Source: Candidatus Latescibacterota bacterium (GTDB lineage Bacteria; Latescibacterota; UBA2968; UBA8231). Taken from it: DNA of 64,000 bases. Below the pieces are notes generated by a model, which saw nothing but the letters and a program-made list of their open reading frames with translations, was not told the origin of the DNA and made no database searches. The DNA lies in contig OZ253462.1 of NCBI GenBank assembly GCA_965261395.1, positions 1,760,001-1,824,000 on the forward strand, given 5' to 3'. Shown one piece after another: positions 9,850-19,317 of the stretch (position 1 is its first letter; the number at the start of each line of letters is the position of its first letter). The position numbers and the translations under genes were made by a program.

Positions 9850-11025
9850 GGCTTTGGTGCATGGATCGGTATTTTTGGGTTTCTCGGTTGAATAAAGACA
9901 GGCTCCTCAGTAGATTGGGCATGACTTTTTTGCGAAAAGACTCTATGCCTTCTCTTCCAAGGAACCTGTCCTGTCCAACGTATCGTCTGCTCCGTCTTCG
10001 GTCAAGCCCCGTCGCCGTCGCTCGAAGGTTGTGTATCGGGTGCGTAATTGGCCTGATTATGATGCGGGGCTTACCCAGCGCGGTAGCCTGACGGTGTGGT
10101 TTTCCCCCCAAGCGGTCGAAGCGTGGTATTATCAAGGGCCGCGCCAACGGGGGGCGCAATATACCTTTTCGGACGTAGCCATCCACACGGCGTTGACGTT
10201 GCGGCTTATGTATCACTTGCCGCTACGCCAAACCGAGGGGTTTGTCGCTTCCATTGTAGCCTTGATGGGCTTGGCTATACGGGTGCCGGATCATACGACC
10301 CTCTCGCGGCGTCAGGCTGACTTGACAGTAGCGTTGCCTACCCAGCCCACGGATCAACCCCGGCATTGGGTCGTTGATTCGACGGGGTTGAAGGGGTATG
10401 GCGAAGGCGAGTGGAAGGTGCGTCAGCACGGCTGGGGCAAGCGGCGCACCTGGCGCAAATTGCACCTTGGGGTCGACGAAGCCACCGGCGAGATCGTCGC
10501 CCAGACGTTGACGGCCAATCGCCCAGATGATGCCGGGCAGGTCGAGCCGTTGCTGGAGCAAGTCGCGGCCCCCATCGCGGCGGTGGGCGGGGATGGAGCC
10601 TATGATAAACGCAAGGTGTTTGAGGCGTTGGCTGCGCCGGACCGAGGGCCGCCGATCCGGCCGATCATTCCGCCGCGCAAAGACGCCAAAATCCAGCAAC
10701 ATGGCAACTGCAACGCGGAGCCGTTGCCCCGCGATGAGACGATCCGAACCATCCGTAGCCGGGGCCGTCGAACCTGGAAAAAAACCAGTGGCTATCATCG
10801 CCGATCCCTCGTCGAAACCCAGATCGGCCGCTACAAACAGAGCCTCGGCGACACCTTGCACGCCCGAACCCTATCCCACCAACAAACCGAAACACGAGTG
10901 GGATGTGCCATACTCAACCGGCTATTGCATTTGGCTAAGCCCGAGTCCTATCCGATAACCAAGGAAGTCTAAAACACACCAGACAAGGGGCAACACGGCC
11001 CCGACAGTTTTCATGCACCAAAGCC
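9850..11025 (+). mobile_element. IS5 family (IS903 group) insertion sequence
   Basis: Perfect 14-bp terminal inverted repeats GGCTTTGGTGCATG (9850-9863) and CATGCACCAAAGCC (11012-11025); no target duplication seen. Confidence 0.92.
10031..10972 (+). CDS. IS5/IS903-type DDE transposase
   Basis: YRVRNW..Y...L..RGSLT, VDSTGLK.YGEGEW, WRKLHLGVD, DGAYD and GYHRRSLVET motifs; the true start may be about 60 bp upstream. Confidence 0.95.
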   Translation: MYRVRNWPDYDAGLTQRGSLTVWFSPQAVEAWYYQGPRQRGAQYTFSDVAIHTALTLRLMYHLPLRQTEGFVASIVALMGLAIRVPDHTTLSRRQADLTVALPTQPTDQPRHWVVDSTGLKGYGEGEWKVRQHGWGKRRTWRKLHLGVDEATGEIVAQTLTANRPDDAGQVEPLLEQVAAPIAAVGGDGAYDKRKVFEALAAPDRGPPIRPIIPPRKDAKIQQHGNCNAEPLPRDETIRTIRSRGRRTWKKTSGYHRRSLVETQIGRYKQSLGDTLHARTLSHQQTETRVGCAILNRLLHLAKPESYPITKEV

Positions 11026-11284
11026 GAAATGGATTGTAAAAGTGATGCAATAGCCTACGCCACTCTTGGTACGATTCGGACTCTCTAAAACCAACAGTAT
11101 GATCTTCAAGCGTCTGCCAGTTCACCAGCAGGATATAACGGTTGCCTTTTTCAATACACTTCTGTAGCTGATGGGAAACGTAGCCATCCATGCTTGATAT
11201 GATCTTTTGCGCCTCGCCAAAAGCAGCTTCAAATTCCTGCTCACGACCAGGCTTAACGTCCAGTATTGCAACCTCTAAAACCAT
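11026..11284 (-). pseudogene. Antibiotic biosynthesis monooxygenase (ABM) family protein, 3'-truncated by the IS5
   Basis: MVLEVAILDVKPG.E.EFE.AF...W.TLEDHT.GFR.S..YQEW..LLHHFY.PF, after which the frame runs into the IS right end. Confidence 0.85.
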
Positions 11285-11331
11285 TGTTTAGTCCTGTGAT
11301 TTTGTTGAAATGATTTCAACAGAGGCGCTTG

Positions 11332-12030
11332 TTAGCTAGTTTCTGTCGGCACCATGCAACCGTAGTAAAAGAATTGTCCGGTTGTTCCAACTGAGCCATT
11401 CCAGCCAAGATCGCGTAATTGCCGTTCCAACTGAGCCGGGTCGTGGAATACCTTTACGATGTTAAAAGTCTGACCATCGTTCAGCTTTCTTTCCATTACG
11501 CCGGAATCGTCAATTTCAGCGTGATCCCGTGCGGTTGACTCTTGCGTTGCCAGACCATCGACAAAGAAAGCTCTGCCCCCCGGCTTTAGAGCGGCGCGAA
11601 CCATCTCCCAGAACCGATTGAATTGCTGCATCGGAACGTGTGACAGCCAGAAACTAAAAAAGACAAAGTCATACGTTTCGGTTGGCCACCACTCGAAAAG
11701 ATCCGCCACCACATACTGCACCGGAGCATTATCGATCTTGGTGCGATTGATCTCAATCGTCTCGGGAGAAGCATCTATGGCAGTCAGGTCAGCAGCACCT
11801 TGCGCCAGACATGCCGTCCACAATCCCGTGCCACAAGCAAGCTCAAGACACTTGCCAAACGGCCTCTCCCGCTCAAGTGCCGATCGCACCGTATCCAACT
11901 CTGCATGCCACTGGAGATTATGCTCGTCGCCCCGGTCGTATCGTCCTTGGCGTGAATGCCACTCGTCATACTCAGCAGCTCGCGCCCGGTAATAGGCGAC
12001 TTGCTCTCTCAGAATTGATCTGTCAACCAT
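11332..12030 (-). CDS. Class I SAM-dependent methyltransferase
   Basis: YYRARAAEYDEW, LELACGTGLWT and FWLSHVP motifs. Confidence 0.9.
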   Translation of the reverse strand: MVDRSILREQVAYYRARAAEYDEWHSRQGRYDRGDEHNLQWHAELDTVRSALERERPFGKCLELACGTGLWTACLAQGAADLTAIDASPETIEINRTKIDNAPVQYVVADLFEWWPTETYDFVFFSFWLSHVPMQQFNRFWEMVRAALKPGGRAFFVDGLATQESTARDHAEIDDSGVMERKLNDGQTFNIVKVFHDPAQLERQLRDLGWNGSVGTTGQFFYYGCMVPTETS

Positions 12031-12077
12031 AGTTTGTCAGCCGATTCTTTGTCGAAGTTTAAGAATTTTCTACTCGT

Positions 12078-12848
12078 TTAGGCCTGCGCCGTCACAATGG
12101 GTTGAAAATAGCCAGACTGTTCAAGCTCATGCCAAGCGATCTTTGCAAATCCGGCCGACTCCAAGGCCGCAGTAAGCTCGTTGCGTGTTAGTGCCCTGTA
12201 GCGAGTCCTGATCTCCTTCACCCGCCAGGCACTCGCTGCCCGACTCATTCTAAAAAGCCGCAATAGATAGGTGTCTGATTCCTTGGACCAGTCCCAGATC
12301 TGAAACATTATTACTTCTTGCTCAGGTACACCCCCGCCGGGATTCATAGCTACAAACGATGGTTTTTCGGCGAGCAACCGATCGTAATCGCGAATACTGG
12401 CAACAAACAGTCCTTTGTCCGTCAGTACGTGCCGGATATTTCGGAGAGCAAGAGTTAAATCGTCGTCAGTCAAAAGGTGCGGCAGGGAATTGTCACAGCT
12501 AATCACTACATCGAATTTCTGGCTAAACGCACATTCCAACGCACGAACATCGGCAACAGCGAATCGAATGTTCAGCTCCCGCTTGACTGCTTCTGATTTT
12601 GCCCTCTCGATCGCCTCCGGGCTAAGATCGGACGCAAAAACTTCGTATCCTCGCTGCGCCAAACCAATTGCTTGGGTGCCGATTCCGCATGAACAGTCTA
12701 AGACAACCGGTACACTCGCTGAAGACTCACATCGAATCAACTGATCTAGCACGGACGATTGCCGTTCGATTGCCGATTCCCAGTCGGCGTAAACGCGATG
12801 GTACTCAGCAGCTAGATCATCGTAAAAGCGTTTGACGGACTCACTCAC
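12078..12848 (-). CDS. Class I SAM-dependent methyltransferase (glycine/sarcosine N-methyltransferase-like)
   Basis: FYDDLA..YH, VLDCSCGIGTQ, DNSLPHL and SIRDYD motifs. Confidence 0.88.
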   Translation of the reverse strand: MSESVKRFYDDLAAEYHRVYADWESAIERQSSVLDQLIRCESSASVPVVLDCSCGIGTQAIGLAQRGYEVFASDLSPEAIERAKSEAVKRELNIRFAVADVRALECAFSQKFDVVISCDNSLPHLLTDDDLTLALRNIRHVLTDKGLFVASIRDYDRLLAEKPSFVAMNPGGGVPEQEVIMFQIWDWSKESDTYLLRLFRMSRAASAWRVKEIRTRYRALTRNELTAALESAGFAKIAWHELEQSGYFQPIVTAQA

Positions 12849-12890
12849 ATTGATGGCTCTCTCAACGAGTCTATGCTTCTTGACTGAACA

Positions 12891-13745
12891 CTATCTATCG
12901 TCCGATAACTCCACATAATCAATTTCCATCGGCTGCTTGAGCCGCTTCTCTATCTCCAACAGATCCGATCGGCCAGCCGGCACATCTTTCTCCATAGTCC
13001 CATCCGGATGCACCGTCACCGTGGTCGTCACCTCCATAAACGCCTTCTCTGCCCTCGTCCGCGACACCTGAATGCCGTCTTCCGAAATGGCCATGCGAGA
13101 ATGTGCAATACGTCCCTCGCCGATAACCCGAAAAAGAAGAGCTAACACGCCGGACTTTGGACGCCCTGTAATCCCCTCAATCTCATCGTAAACAGCCCAA
13201 TCCCCAAAATCCAGCAAGCGATAAGTAATCACCTGCCGATTAGTCACCTTAAAACGCGGCGTCGAAAGTGTATCCAGGTACGAATACCAGTCTGACTTGC
13301 CCGGCCCGTCCTCCCATCTGATCCGCACATTCACGGCCAATTCCGGCATCGGCCCTTCCTCCACCTCCCGGATAACCCGGTCTAGCCGATAGTCCACTTC
13401 CATATTCTGTTCGTAGCGATAGCTCAGCAGGGCGTACTGCGGAGCTGTGTCCTCCGTCCGTCCGGTCGCCGCCAAAAACGACCGGAACCAGTCCTCGTGT
13501 CCGATAAACAGTGGCAGTCCGTCTGGATCGCGCTCCCTAGCTTGCCGTGCAAGATACAACAGCACCTCCGCTTGAAACCGCGCGCCATTGGTCGTCGCCG
13601 TCGGATCGTAATCACCATAATGCTGCCGCATCGCCTCCAGCACCTCCGACCGCCCCACTACATTATACGCTCCCTCTACACCTGCCAGCGGACCGGGCAG
13701 TACCAAAAAACAGAGGACGGTTGCAATCCTCAATCTCCCGCCCAT
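12891..13745 (-). CDS. Hypothetical secreted protein
   Basis: ATG 13745 lies just after the paralogue's stop; signal-peptide-like N-terminus MGGRLRIATVLCFLVLPGPLAG. Confidence 0.75.
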   Translation of the reverse strand: MGGRLRIATVLCFLVLPGPLAGVEGAYNVVGRSEVLEAMRQHYGDYDPTATTNGARFQAEVLLYLARQARERDPDGLPLFIGHEDWFRSFLAATGRTEDTAPQYALLSYRYEQNMEVDYRLDRVIREVEEGPMPELAVNVRIRWEDGPGKSDWYSYLDTLSTPRFKVTNRQVITYRLLDFGDWAVYDEIEGITGRPKSGVLALLFRVIGEGRIAHSRMAISEDGIQVSRTRAEKAFMEVTTTVTVHPDGTMEKDVPAGRSDLLEIEKRLKQPMEIDYVELSDDR

Positions 13746-13746
13746 A

Positions 13747-14130
13747 TCACCTATCGTCCGGGAACTCCACATACTCAATTTCCATTGGCTGCTTGAGCCG
13801 CCTTTCCAGTTCCAGCAGATCTGGTCGGCCAGCCGGCACATCCATCTCTATAGTCCCATCTGGATAGATCGTCACCGTGGTCATCACTTTCATATACGCC
13901 TTCTCTGCCCTCGTCCGCGACACCTGAATGCCGTCCTTTGCAATAGCTATGCGAGAATGTGTCATATGGCCCTCGCCGATGAGCCGAAAAAGAAGAGCTA
14001 ATACGCCGGACTCTGGACGCGCTGTAATCCCCTCAATCTCATCGTAAACAATCCAATCCCCAAAATCCAACAAGCGATAGGTAATCACCTGCCGATTAGT
14101 CACCCTAACAGTCGGCGTCGAAAGCGTATC
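13747..14130 (-). pseudogene. C-terminal remnant of a tandem paralogue of 12891-13745, truncated by IS630
   Basis: Near-identical DTLSTP..VTNRQVITYRLLDFGDW...LKQPMEI.YVE..DDR; homology stops at the IS end. Confidence 0.88.
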
Positions 14131-15269
14131 TATAGCAATCCTAAATCATTTAAGAGATATTGCATATTGTTTCAACTTGGGGAAATGGAAGTATCTGCTC
14201 TGTCGAATTCCCTTGACGAATAGGTCTTTAATCTGTTTAAAACAGGTGGTCCATAACGCATGGGTGCGCACAAAGGTTTTGCCTTTTAACCAGAGGTCTT
14301 CGACCGGATTTTCTTGCGGTGCATACGGGGCCAATCGCGTACCGTCGATCTTCCACTCGTGGGGTGCTCGATCGGCTTGGAGCGCTTGCAGAAAATCACG
14401 CATGGCCCGTTGGTGATAATAGGAAACGCCGTCCCCAAAGATCAACAACTTTTGCCCGGGACGACGCTGTTGTAGGTAGCGTACAAAGTCCACGGTATGC
14501 TGTGAGTTGGCCTTCGGGTAGCTTTGCATGAGGAAGGTGCCCTTGACCACATCCAAGGCTCCATAATAGGTTTGTCGTTGGCGGCCATTTTCAATGGAAA
14601 CCTCAAGCCGTTGGTCTTGGCGTCCCCAAGCATAGCCACAGGCTTCGTCCCCGTGCAGGTGCGACTCATCAACGAAAAAGGCACTGACGTGGCCGGCTTC
14701 AAGATCGGCTTTATGATCGGCTAGTTTTTTTTAATGACTTCTCGCTGGTCCATCGCCTGTTGCAGATCAGCTTTCGGCCTACGGGCTTGCGTCTTTTTCC
14801 AGCTATAGCGAGCCTGCGAAAGTAGGTCGTAATAGCTTTGCGACGAGCGAAAGACCACGCCAAACTGGGTTTGGATATAGGCGGCTAACCCGGCGACCGA
14901 AGGCGGCGGTTGGGTGGCTAACCACGCGTGGATTTGTGCACATTGATCGGCCGACAAAAAAGGCTGCGACCCGGTATAAGCCAAGCGCAAACCGTCCACG
15001 CCCTCGGCCTGATAGCGTTTCTTCCACGTGCTAATGAAGCTCGACGGTACGCCGAGAATGGATTGAATCACCCGTTGTTTGAAGCCCAACTGCGTCCTGT
15101 GAACCGCTAACGCCCGTTTCAATTCCCGTGCATCGGGATTGCTGGCGATAAACGCCGTAAGAGAAGTATCCGAAGGCATAGATATGCTCCTAAAAAAGGG
15201 GGGCCATACCAAACGCAGGATAACATAGAAAAATTAAATAATGCTCTCAACTCATTCAGGATTGCTATA
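14131..15269 (-). mobile_element. IS630 family insertion sequence
   Basis: Ends TATAGCAATCCTAAAT and ATTCAGGATTGCTATA (inverted repeat, one mismatch) with TA at both termini. Confidence 0.92.
14146..15179 (-). CDS. IS630 transposase in two ORFs joined by a probable programmed -1 frameshift at A8 (14725-14732)
   Basis: ORF A is an HTH protein ending VIKKN. ORF B reads LADH...FVDE...YGAL...GDG..Y...APYAPQENPVEDLW (DDE). The slippery sequence is ATT AAA AAA AAC TAG. Confidence 0.88.
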
Positions 15270-15277
15270 GGACGAAG

Positions 15278-16397
15278 TTGTTCGCAGCCGGTGAGCCGCG
15301 GCCGCCCTTTATCCTTGGTCTTGACCTTGCCGAAGGATTCTTCACGGACCTGGTGCGCCCGATGCTTGAGGCACACTCGCCGGACATGCGCTACTCGGCC
15401 GCCGTCCTCGCTGGTGGGTCGGATGTGTTGGGATTCGACACAGAGATGTCCATGGACCACGACTGGGGACCGCGGGTCATGCTCTTCCTGAAGCAGGAAG
15501 ACTTCGAGACGCGACCTCAGGCAATCCGAGCGCTTGCCATGAAGCATTTGCCCCTCACGTACAGGGGCTACCCGGTGCACATCTATACTCGCGACGTTCG
15601 GGATGCCGGGGTGCGAATGCGGCAGAGGCCGAACGATCCCGGACTCGAGCCGAGAATCGAGATCTACACGATTCACGACTTCTTCCAGAAGCAGCTCGGA
15701 GTTGACCCAGACAAGCCCTTGTCGGCGGCTGATTGGCTGACGATGACCCACCACCGGCTCCGCTCCATGATCAACGGGCGTGTCTTCCGCGACGACGTGG
15801 GAATCCAGGCTATGCGCGACCGCTTCTGCTGGTACCCGCACGACGTCTGGCTCTATGTTCTTGCTTCGTGCTGGGCTTCGGATCAACGAAGACGAAACCC
15901 TGACGGGGAGGGCGGGAAGCGTAGGCGACAATCTGGGATCGGCGGTCATCGCATGGCGCCTTATCCGCGATATGATACGTCTGGCTTTCCTGATGGAGCG
16001 CTCCTATCCGCCGTACCCGAAATGGCTCGGCTCGGCATTCGCGCAGTTACAGTGCGCCCCCGCACTCCTCCCGCTGCTGGAGCGCGTCGGAGCTGCCTCT
16101 GATTGGAGGGAACGCGACGAAACCCTTGTCGATGCTTATCGCAAGCTTGTGGAAATGCACAATGCACTGGAACTCACACCTCCGGTCCCGTGCGAACCAA
16201 TGCGTCGGTTTGAACGACCCTTTACAGTCAGCCAAGCGGGGGCCATTGCGGGAGCCCTGAGGAAGGAAATCCGAGATCCGTCTGTCCGTGCGATAGCCGA
16301 GAGGTGGATGATCGGCAGCATAGACCTCTTCAACGACAATCATATGCTGGATGATGATCCGGCACAGAGACCGCTGCTGTTGAAGCGTTATGAGTGA
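15278..16397 (+). pseudogene. DUF4037/nucleotidyltransferase-like cassette gene with a +1 frameshift at GGG 15873-15875
   Basis: GSDVLGFD..S.DHDWGPR, NG.VF.D and WYPHDVW in one frame; GRAG.VGD.LGS and YPPYPKWLG in the next frame. Confidence 0.85.
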
Positions 16398-16430
16398 TTA
16401 TGCGTACGACAAGCACGAAGAGACATAACA

Positions 16431-16487
16431 AGCGAACCATCGGCTCCAGCGGACGGCTGAGCGCCGCCGCTAAACCGCATGTTGTTT
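16431..16487 (+). other. attC site 1 (short type, degenerate)
   Basis: GCGAAC...CAGCGGACGGC-TGAGC-GCCGCCGCT...GTT; its R'' GCGAAC complements GTTCGC at the cassette start (15280). Confidence 0.7.
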
Positions 16488-16534
16488 GGCTCTATTAGCT
16501 CTATTTATGTATGGAGGAGCTTAAATCCCATATC

Positions 16535-16627
16535 AGATATCACAGCAATTCACGCTGCGTCGCTTACGCTCCTTGGGGCTCCGCCCACCCCGCATGTGCG
16601 GGGTCGTGAATTGTGAGCCCGTTAACT
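16535..16627 (+). other. attC site 2 (R'' decayed)
   Basis: L boxes CAATTCACG...CGTGAATTG and R' GTTAACT; similar in sequence to attC3. Confidence 0.8.
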
Positions 16628-16685
16628 GCAATGCGGCTCAAATGCTCAATTTGACAGCCATTCCGGCTGTAGTTGGAAGGGCGGT

Positions 16686-17615
16686 ATGGAATTGCAAGAC
16701 AAAGATGGGGACGAGGGCGACAACTTGGCCGACCCGTTCGAGGTGGCGGCAGAGGCAGCAGAAGCTCTCATGGCCTGTACGACCGCGCGAGCAGTGCTTT
16801 TGACCGGGTCCTTGGTTCAAAAAGAAAAGTCCAACTGGGACGATATCGACCTGCTTTTCTTAACAGATGAACCACGGCCAAAGTCGGAATCAGTATTGGA
16901 CGAACTTAAACAGAAATTCGGTTCAGTCCATCCGGAACCTAGCCCAGGTTCGCCAAATCGCGTCCGATGTAGGGGTTGGTGGATCCATGGCACTAAGGGC
17001 TGGTCTACTGAACTGGTCGAGCGGCTTGTTGAAGAGGCCTTGAAGGGCAACTTGATAAATGGGGGCCCAACGATCATGTGCGACACGATAGTGAGGTGTC
17101 ATCCACTAATCGATCCGACCTCGTTGGTGGCCACTTGGCGAGAGCGCCTGGCAGTCTATCCTGAAGTTCTGAGGCGCAACGTGATCGTGGAAGGCCTTTG
17201 GGAATTGGTAACTCGCGGAAGGCAGGTTCAGAGAGCCATCCTTAGGGAGGATTACCCCTTCTCTATAATGGGGCAATCTGCGATTATCGAGCGTGTACTT
17301 CAGGTTATATATGCTGTAAACAGGGCTTGGTATCCAAGTCCAAAACGGCAGAGGGAGCGCTTATTGCAACTGGGATTGCTTCCGGAAGATATTCATGTTG
17401 ATCTGGACAAGCTAGGATCGAGAGGAACGGAGAGGGCGGATCACAGATTCATTTCCGACGATCTCCGAAATGTGCTGAGCAAGGTATTCTGCTGGGTGGG
17501 CGATAATTGCAGGGACATCCCGGTCAATCTTCAATGGCTGGAGATCCTCGGCTCGAATGAGGGAACATCTGACAACCCACCCCTCCGCCCAGCTCCGGAG
17601 CCGCACAACAGTTAA
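16686..17615 (+). CDS. Pol-beta-like nucleotidyltransferase domain protein (DUF4037-like C-terminus), gene cassette
   Basis: LTGS...DDIDL motif and YAVNR.WYP..K; the stop codon TAA lies inside the attC R'' box. Confidence 0.75.
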   Translation: MELQDKDGDEGDNLADPFEVAAEAAEALMACTTARAVLLTGSLVQKEKSNWDDIDLLFLTDEPRPKSESVLDELKQKFGSVHPEPSPGSPNRVRCRGWWIHGTKGWSTELVERLVEEALKGNLINGGPTIMCDTIVRCHPLIDPTSLVATWRERLAVYPEVLRRNVIVEGLWELVTRGRQVQRAILREDYPFSIMGQSAIIERVLQVIYAVNRAWYPSPKRQRERLLQLGLLPEDIHVDLDKLGSRGTERADHRFISDDLRNVLSKVFCWVGDNCRDIPVNLQWLEILGSNEGTSDNPPLRPAPEPHNS

Positions 17616-17699
17616 CACAGCGGTTTTCGCTGCGGCGCTTGCGCGCCTTGGCCTCCGGCAACCCACTTCGTGGGTTCTCAAACCGGCAAGACGTTATCG
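17609..17699 (+). other. attC site 3
   Basis: R'' CAGTTAAC is the exact complement of GTTAACTG at the cassette start (16621); inner arms CGGTTT...AAACCG; R' GTTATCG. Confidence 0.88.
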
Positions 17700-17819
17700 G
17701 CAATCGCCCCAACCCCACCCGGAAAAAGCGTTAAAGCGTGCAGTAGAAAAGACGTCTATTCATTATCGTAATCACATTCGCTTATGATATTTGGGCAGGC
17801 TGAATCAATGGGTCAATGA

Positions 17820-18454
17820 ATGGAAGCAATGTTCCAGTACAAAGATGTCGTCGCTCGTCTTCAAGTAGCCTATGACGGTAGCGCAGAAGAACGCGATCAG
17901 CGTGAGAAAGCCCCGTGGAAGCTGACTGAGCGTGCAGACTTTCTCAGTCTCGTACGCACCGAGGGTAAGGTGAGTCTTCTGGAGATCGGTGCCGGGACAG
18001 GTCAGGATGGCTTGTTTTTCCAGAAAGGTGGGTTAGAAACAGTTGTGACTGATCTTTCACCGGAAATGGTTGCACGCTGCCGCGCTAAAGGTCTCGTGGC
18101 TTACCAGGCTGACTTTCTAAATTTGGGCTTTCCCCTAAGCTCTTTCGACGCAGTCCATGCAATGAATTGCCTGCTTCATGTCCCGAATGTCGATTTATCT
18201 GACGTACTGGCTGCTATCCGAAACGTCTTAGTTCCAGGCGGTCTCTTTTTTTGGGCGTGTACGGGGGTGACCCGTTTGAGGGCGAAGCGCCTAACGACTG
18301 GCACGATCCTCCTCGATTCTTTTCTTTTCGAACCGACGATCAGATGCATGGATATGTACGGGAGTATTTCGATGTCTTGGATTTCCACGTAGTCGAGCCC
18401 GATGGCGTGCACTTCCAGTCTTTCACTTTGCGAAAACCGGTGCTGACAAAATGA
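17820..18454 (+). pseudogene. Class I SAM methyltransferase cassette, frameshifted at a T7 run (18246-18252)
   Basis: LLEIGAGTG and NCLLHVP motifs; one extra T would restore GLFFLGVYGG...PRFFSF...HFQSFTLRK. Confidence 0.85.
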
Positions 18455-18539
18455 ACAAAGCACGCTGAATCTATGGTGCACGCTCTATTGTCGCCCCGAT
18501 CTCAAGAGCTGAAAGTGACGAAACCACCCCTTCGCCACA

Positions 18540-18677
18540 GCCGATAACGGCGAGTTGCCGAGACCCAACCCAACTACAACCCAACCAAAATGGCCGCAAC
18601 CGAAGGGTTGGACTGATTGTAAGCCCCGGTCTGTCTGCTGATGTGCGGCCACATCGGCAACCCGCGGAACGTTAGCC
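18540..18677 (+). other. attC site 4 (long type)
   Basis: R'' GCCGATAAC complements GTTATCGGC (17693); arms GCGAGTTGCCGA...TCGGCAACCCGC; R' GTTAGCC. Confidence 0.9.
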
Positions 18678-18717
18678 GGCATCACCAAATACGACACGAG
18701 ATGATCTTCTAGGCAAT

Positions 18718-19311
18718 ATGCCAGAGTATTCTGAAACCGACTTGGCCGAACTCATAAGAGAGGCCAACGAGCGAGCCCATCCTGGCCGGATGGAACGGCT
18801 CAGGTTCCTACTCTCTTTCCAGGATGACGATTTCGCACCCGTCCCAGTGTTGGCCTATGAGTATTTCGAAGAGGCGAGGCTGTGTTGGCTTGTGGGTGCA
18901 TTCGTCGCATCTATTGTGATGACCCAACTAGCATTTGAGGAATTGATTCGCTCGCAATACCGGGTAGCAAAGGGAGTGGGAGGCAAGCTCGATCACGGGA
19001 AGAAGGTAGACGACGCCGGCTTTGCGGACCTAGTAAGGCAGGCCCGAGCTGATGCTTCGTTGACTCCGTCGGAAAGCGAAGATCTTGACCGATTGCGAAA
19101 ACTGTATCGAAATCCTTACGTTCACCCCAAAGACACTTCGAAGAACAAAACTGTTAAGAATGACTTTGTCCAACAGGCGATGAAGATCCAAGCACCCCAG
19201 CTTGGTCAAGGTGACGTCTCGGAAGAGGCAAAAGATGCGATCGGATTACTTCAAAGGATGTTCTTTCCACTTGCTCGTCGATTATGGGGCGTGGACTCTT
19301 CCGGAACATGA
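18718..19311 (+). CDS. HEPN/DUF4145-like protein, gene cassette
   Basis: EEA..C...G.F.ASIVM...AFEE.IR helix and an RNxxxH motif (YRNPYVH). Confidence 0.65.
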   Translation: MPEYSETDLAELIREANERAHPGRMERLRFLLSFQDDDFAPVPVLAYEYFEEARLCWLVGAFVASIVMTQLAFEELIRSQYRVAKGVGGKLDHGKKVDDAGFADLVRQARADASLTPSESEDLDRLRKLYRNPYVHPKDTSKNKTVKNDFVQQAMKIQAPQLGQGDVSEEAKDAIGLLQRMFFPLARRLWGVDSSGT

Positions 19312-19317
19312 GGCGAC

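Noticed and set aside
9841-11034. Target-site duplication for the IS5 element
   Set aside because: The 9-bp flanks differ (GCTATGCGG vs GAAATGGAT).
14721-14732. IS630 transposase as a pseudogene
   Set aside because: The break is at an A8 run and a -1 shift joins the HTH and DDE ORFs, as is common in IS630 elements; activity itself is unproven.
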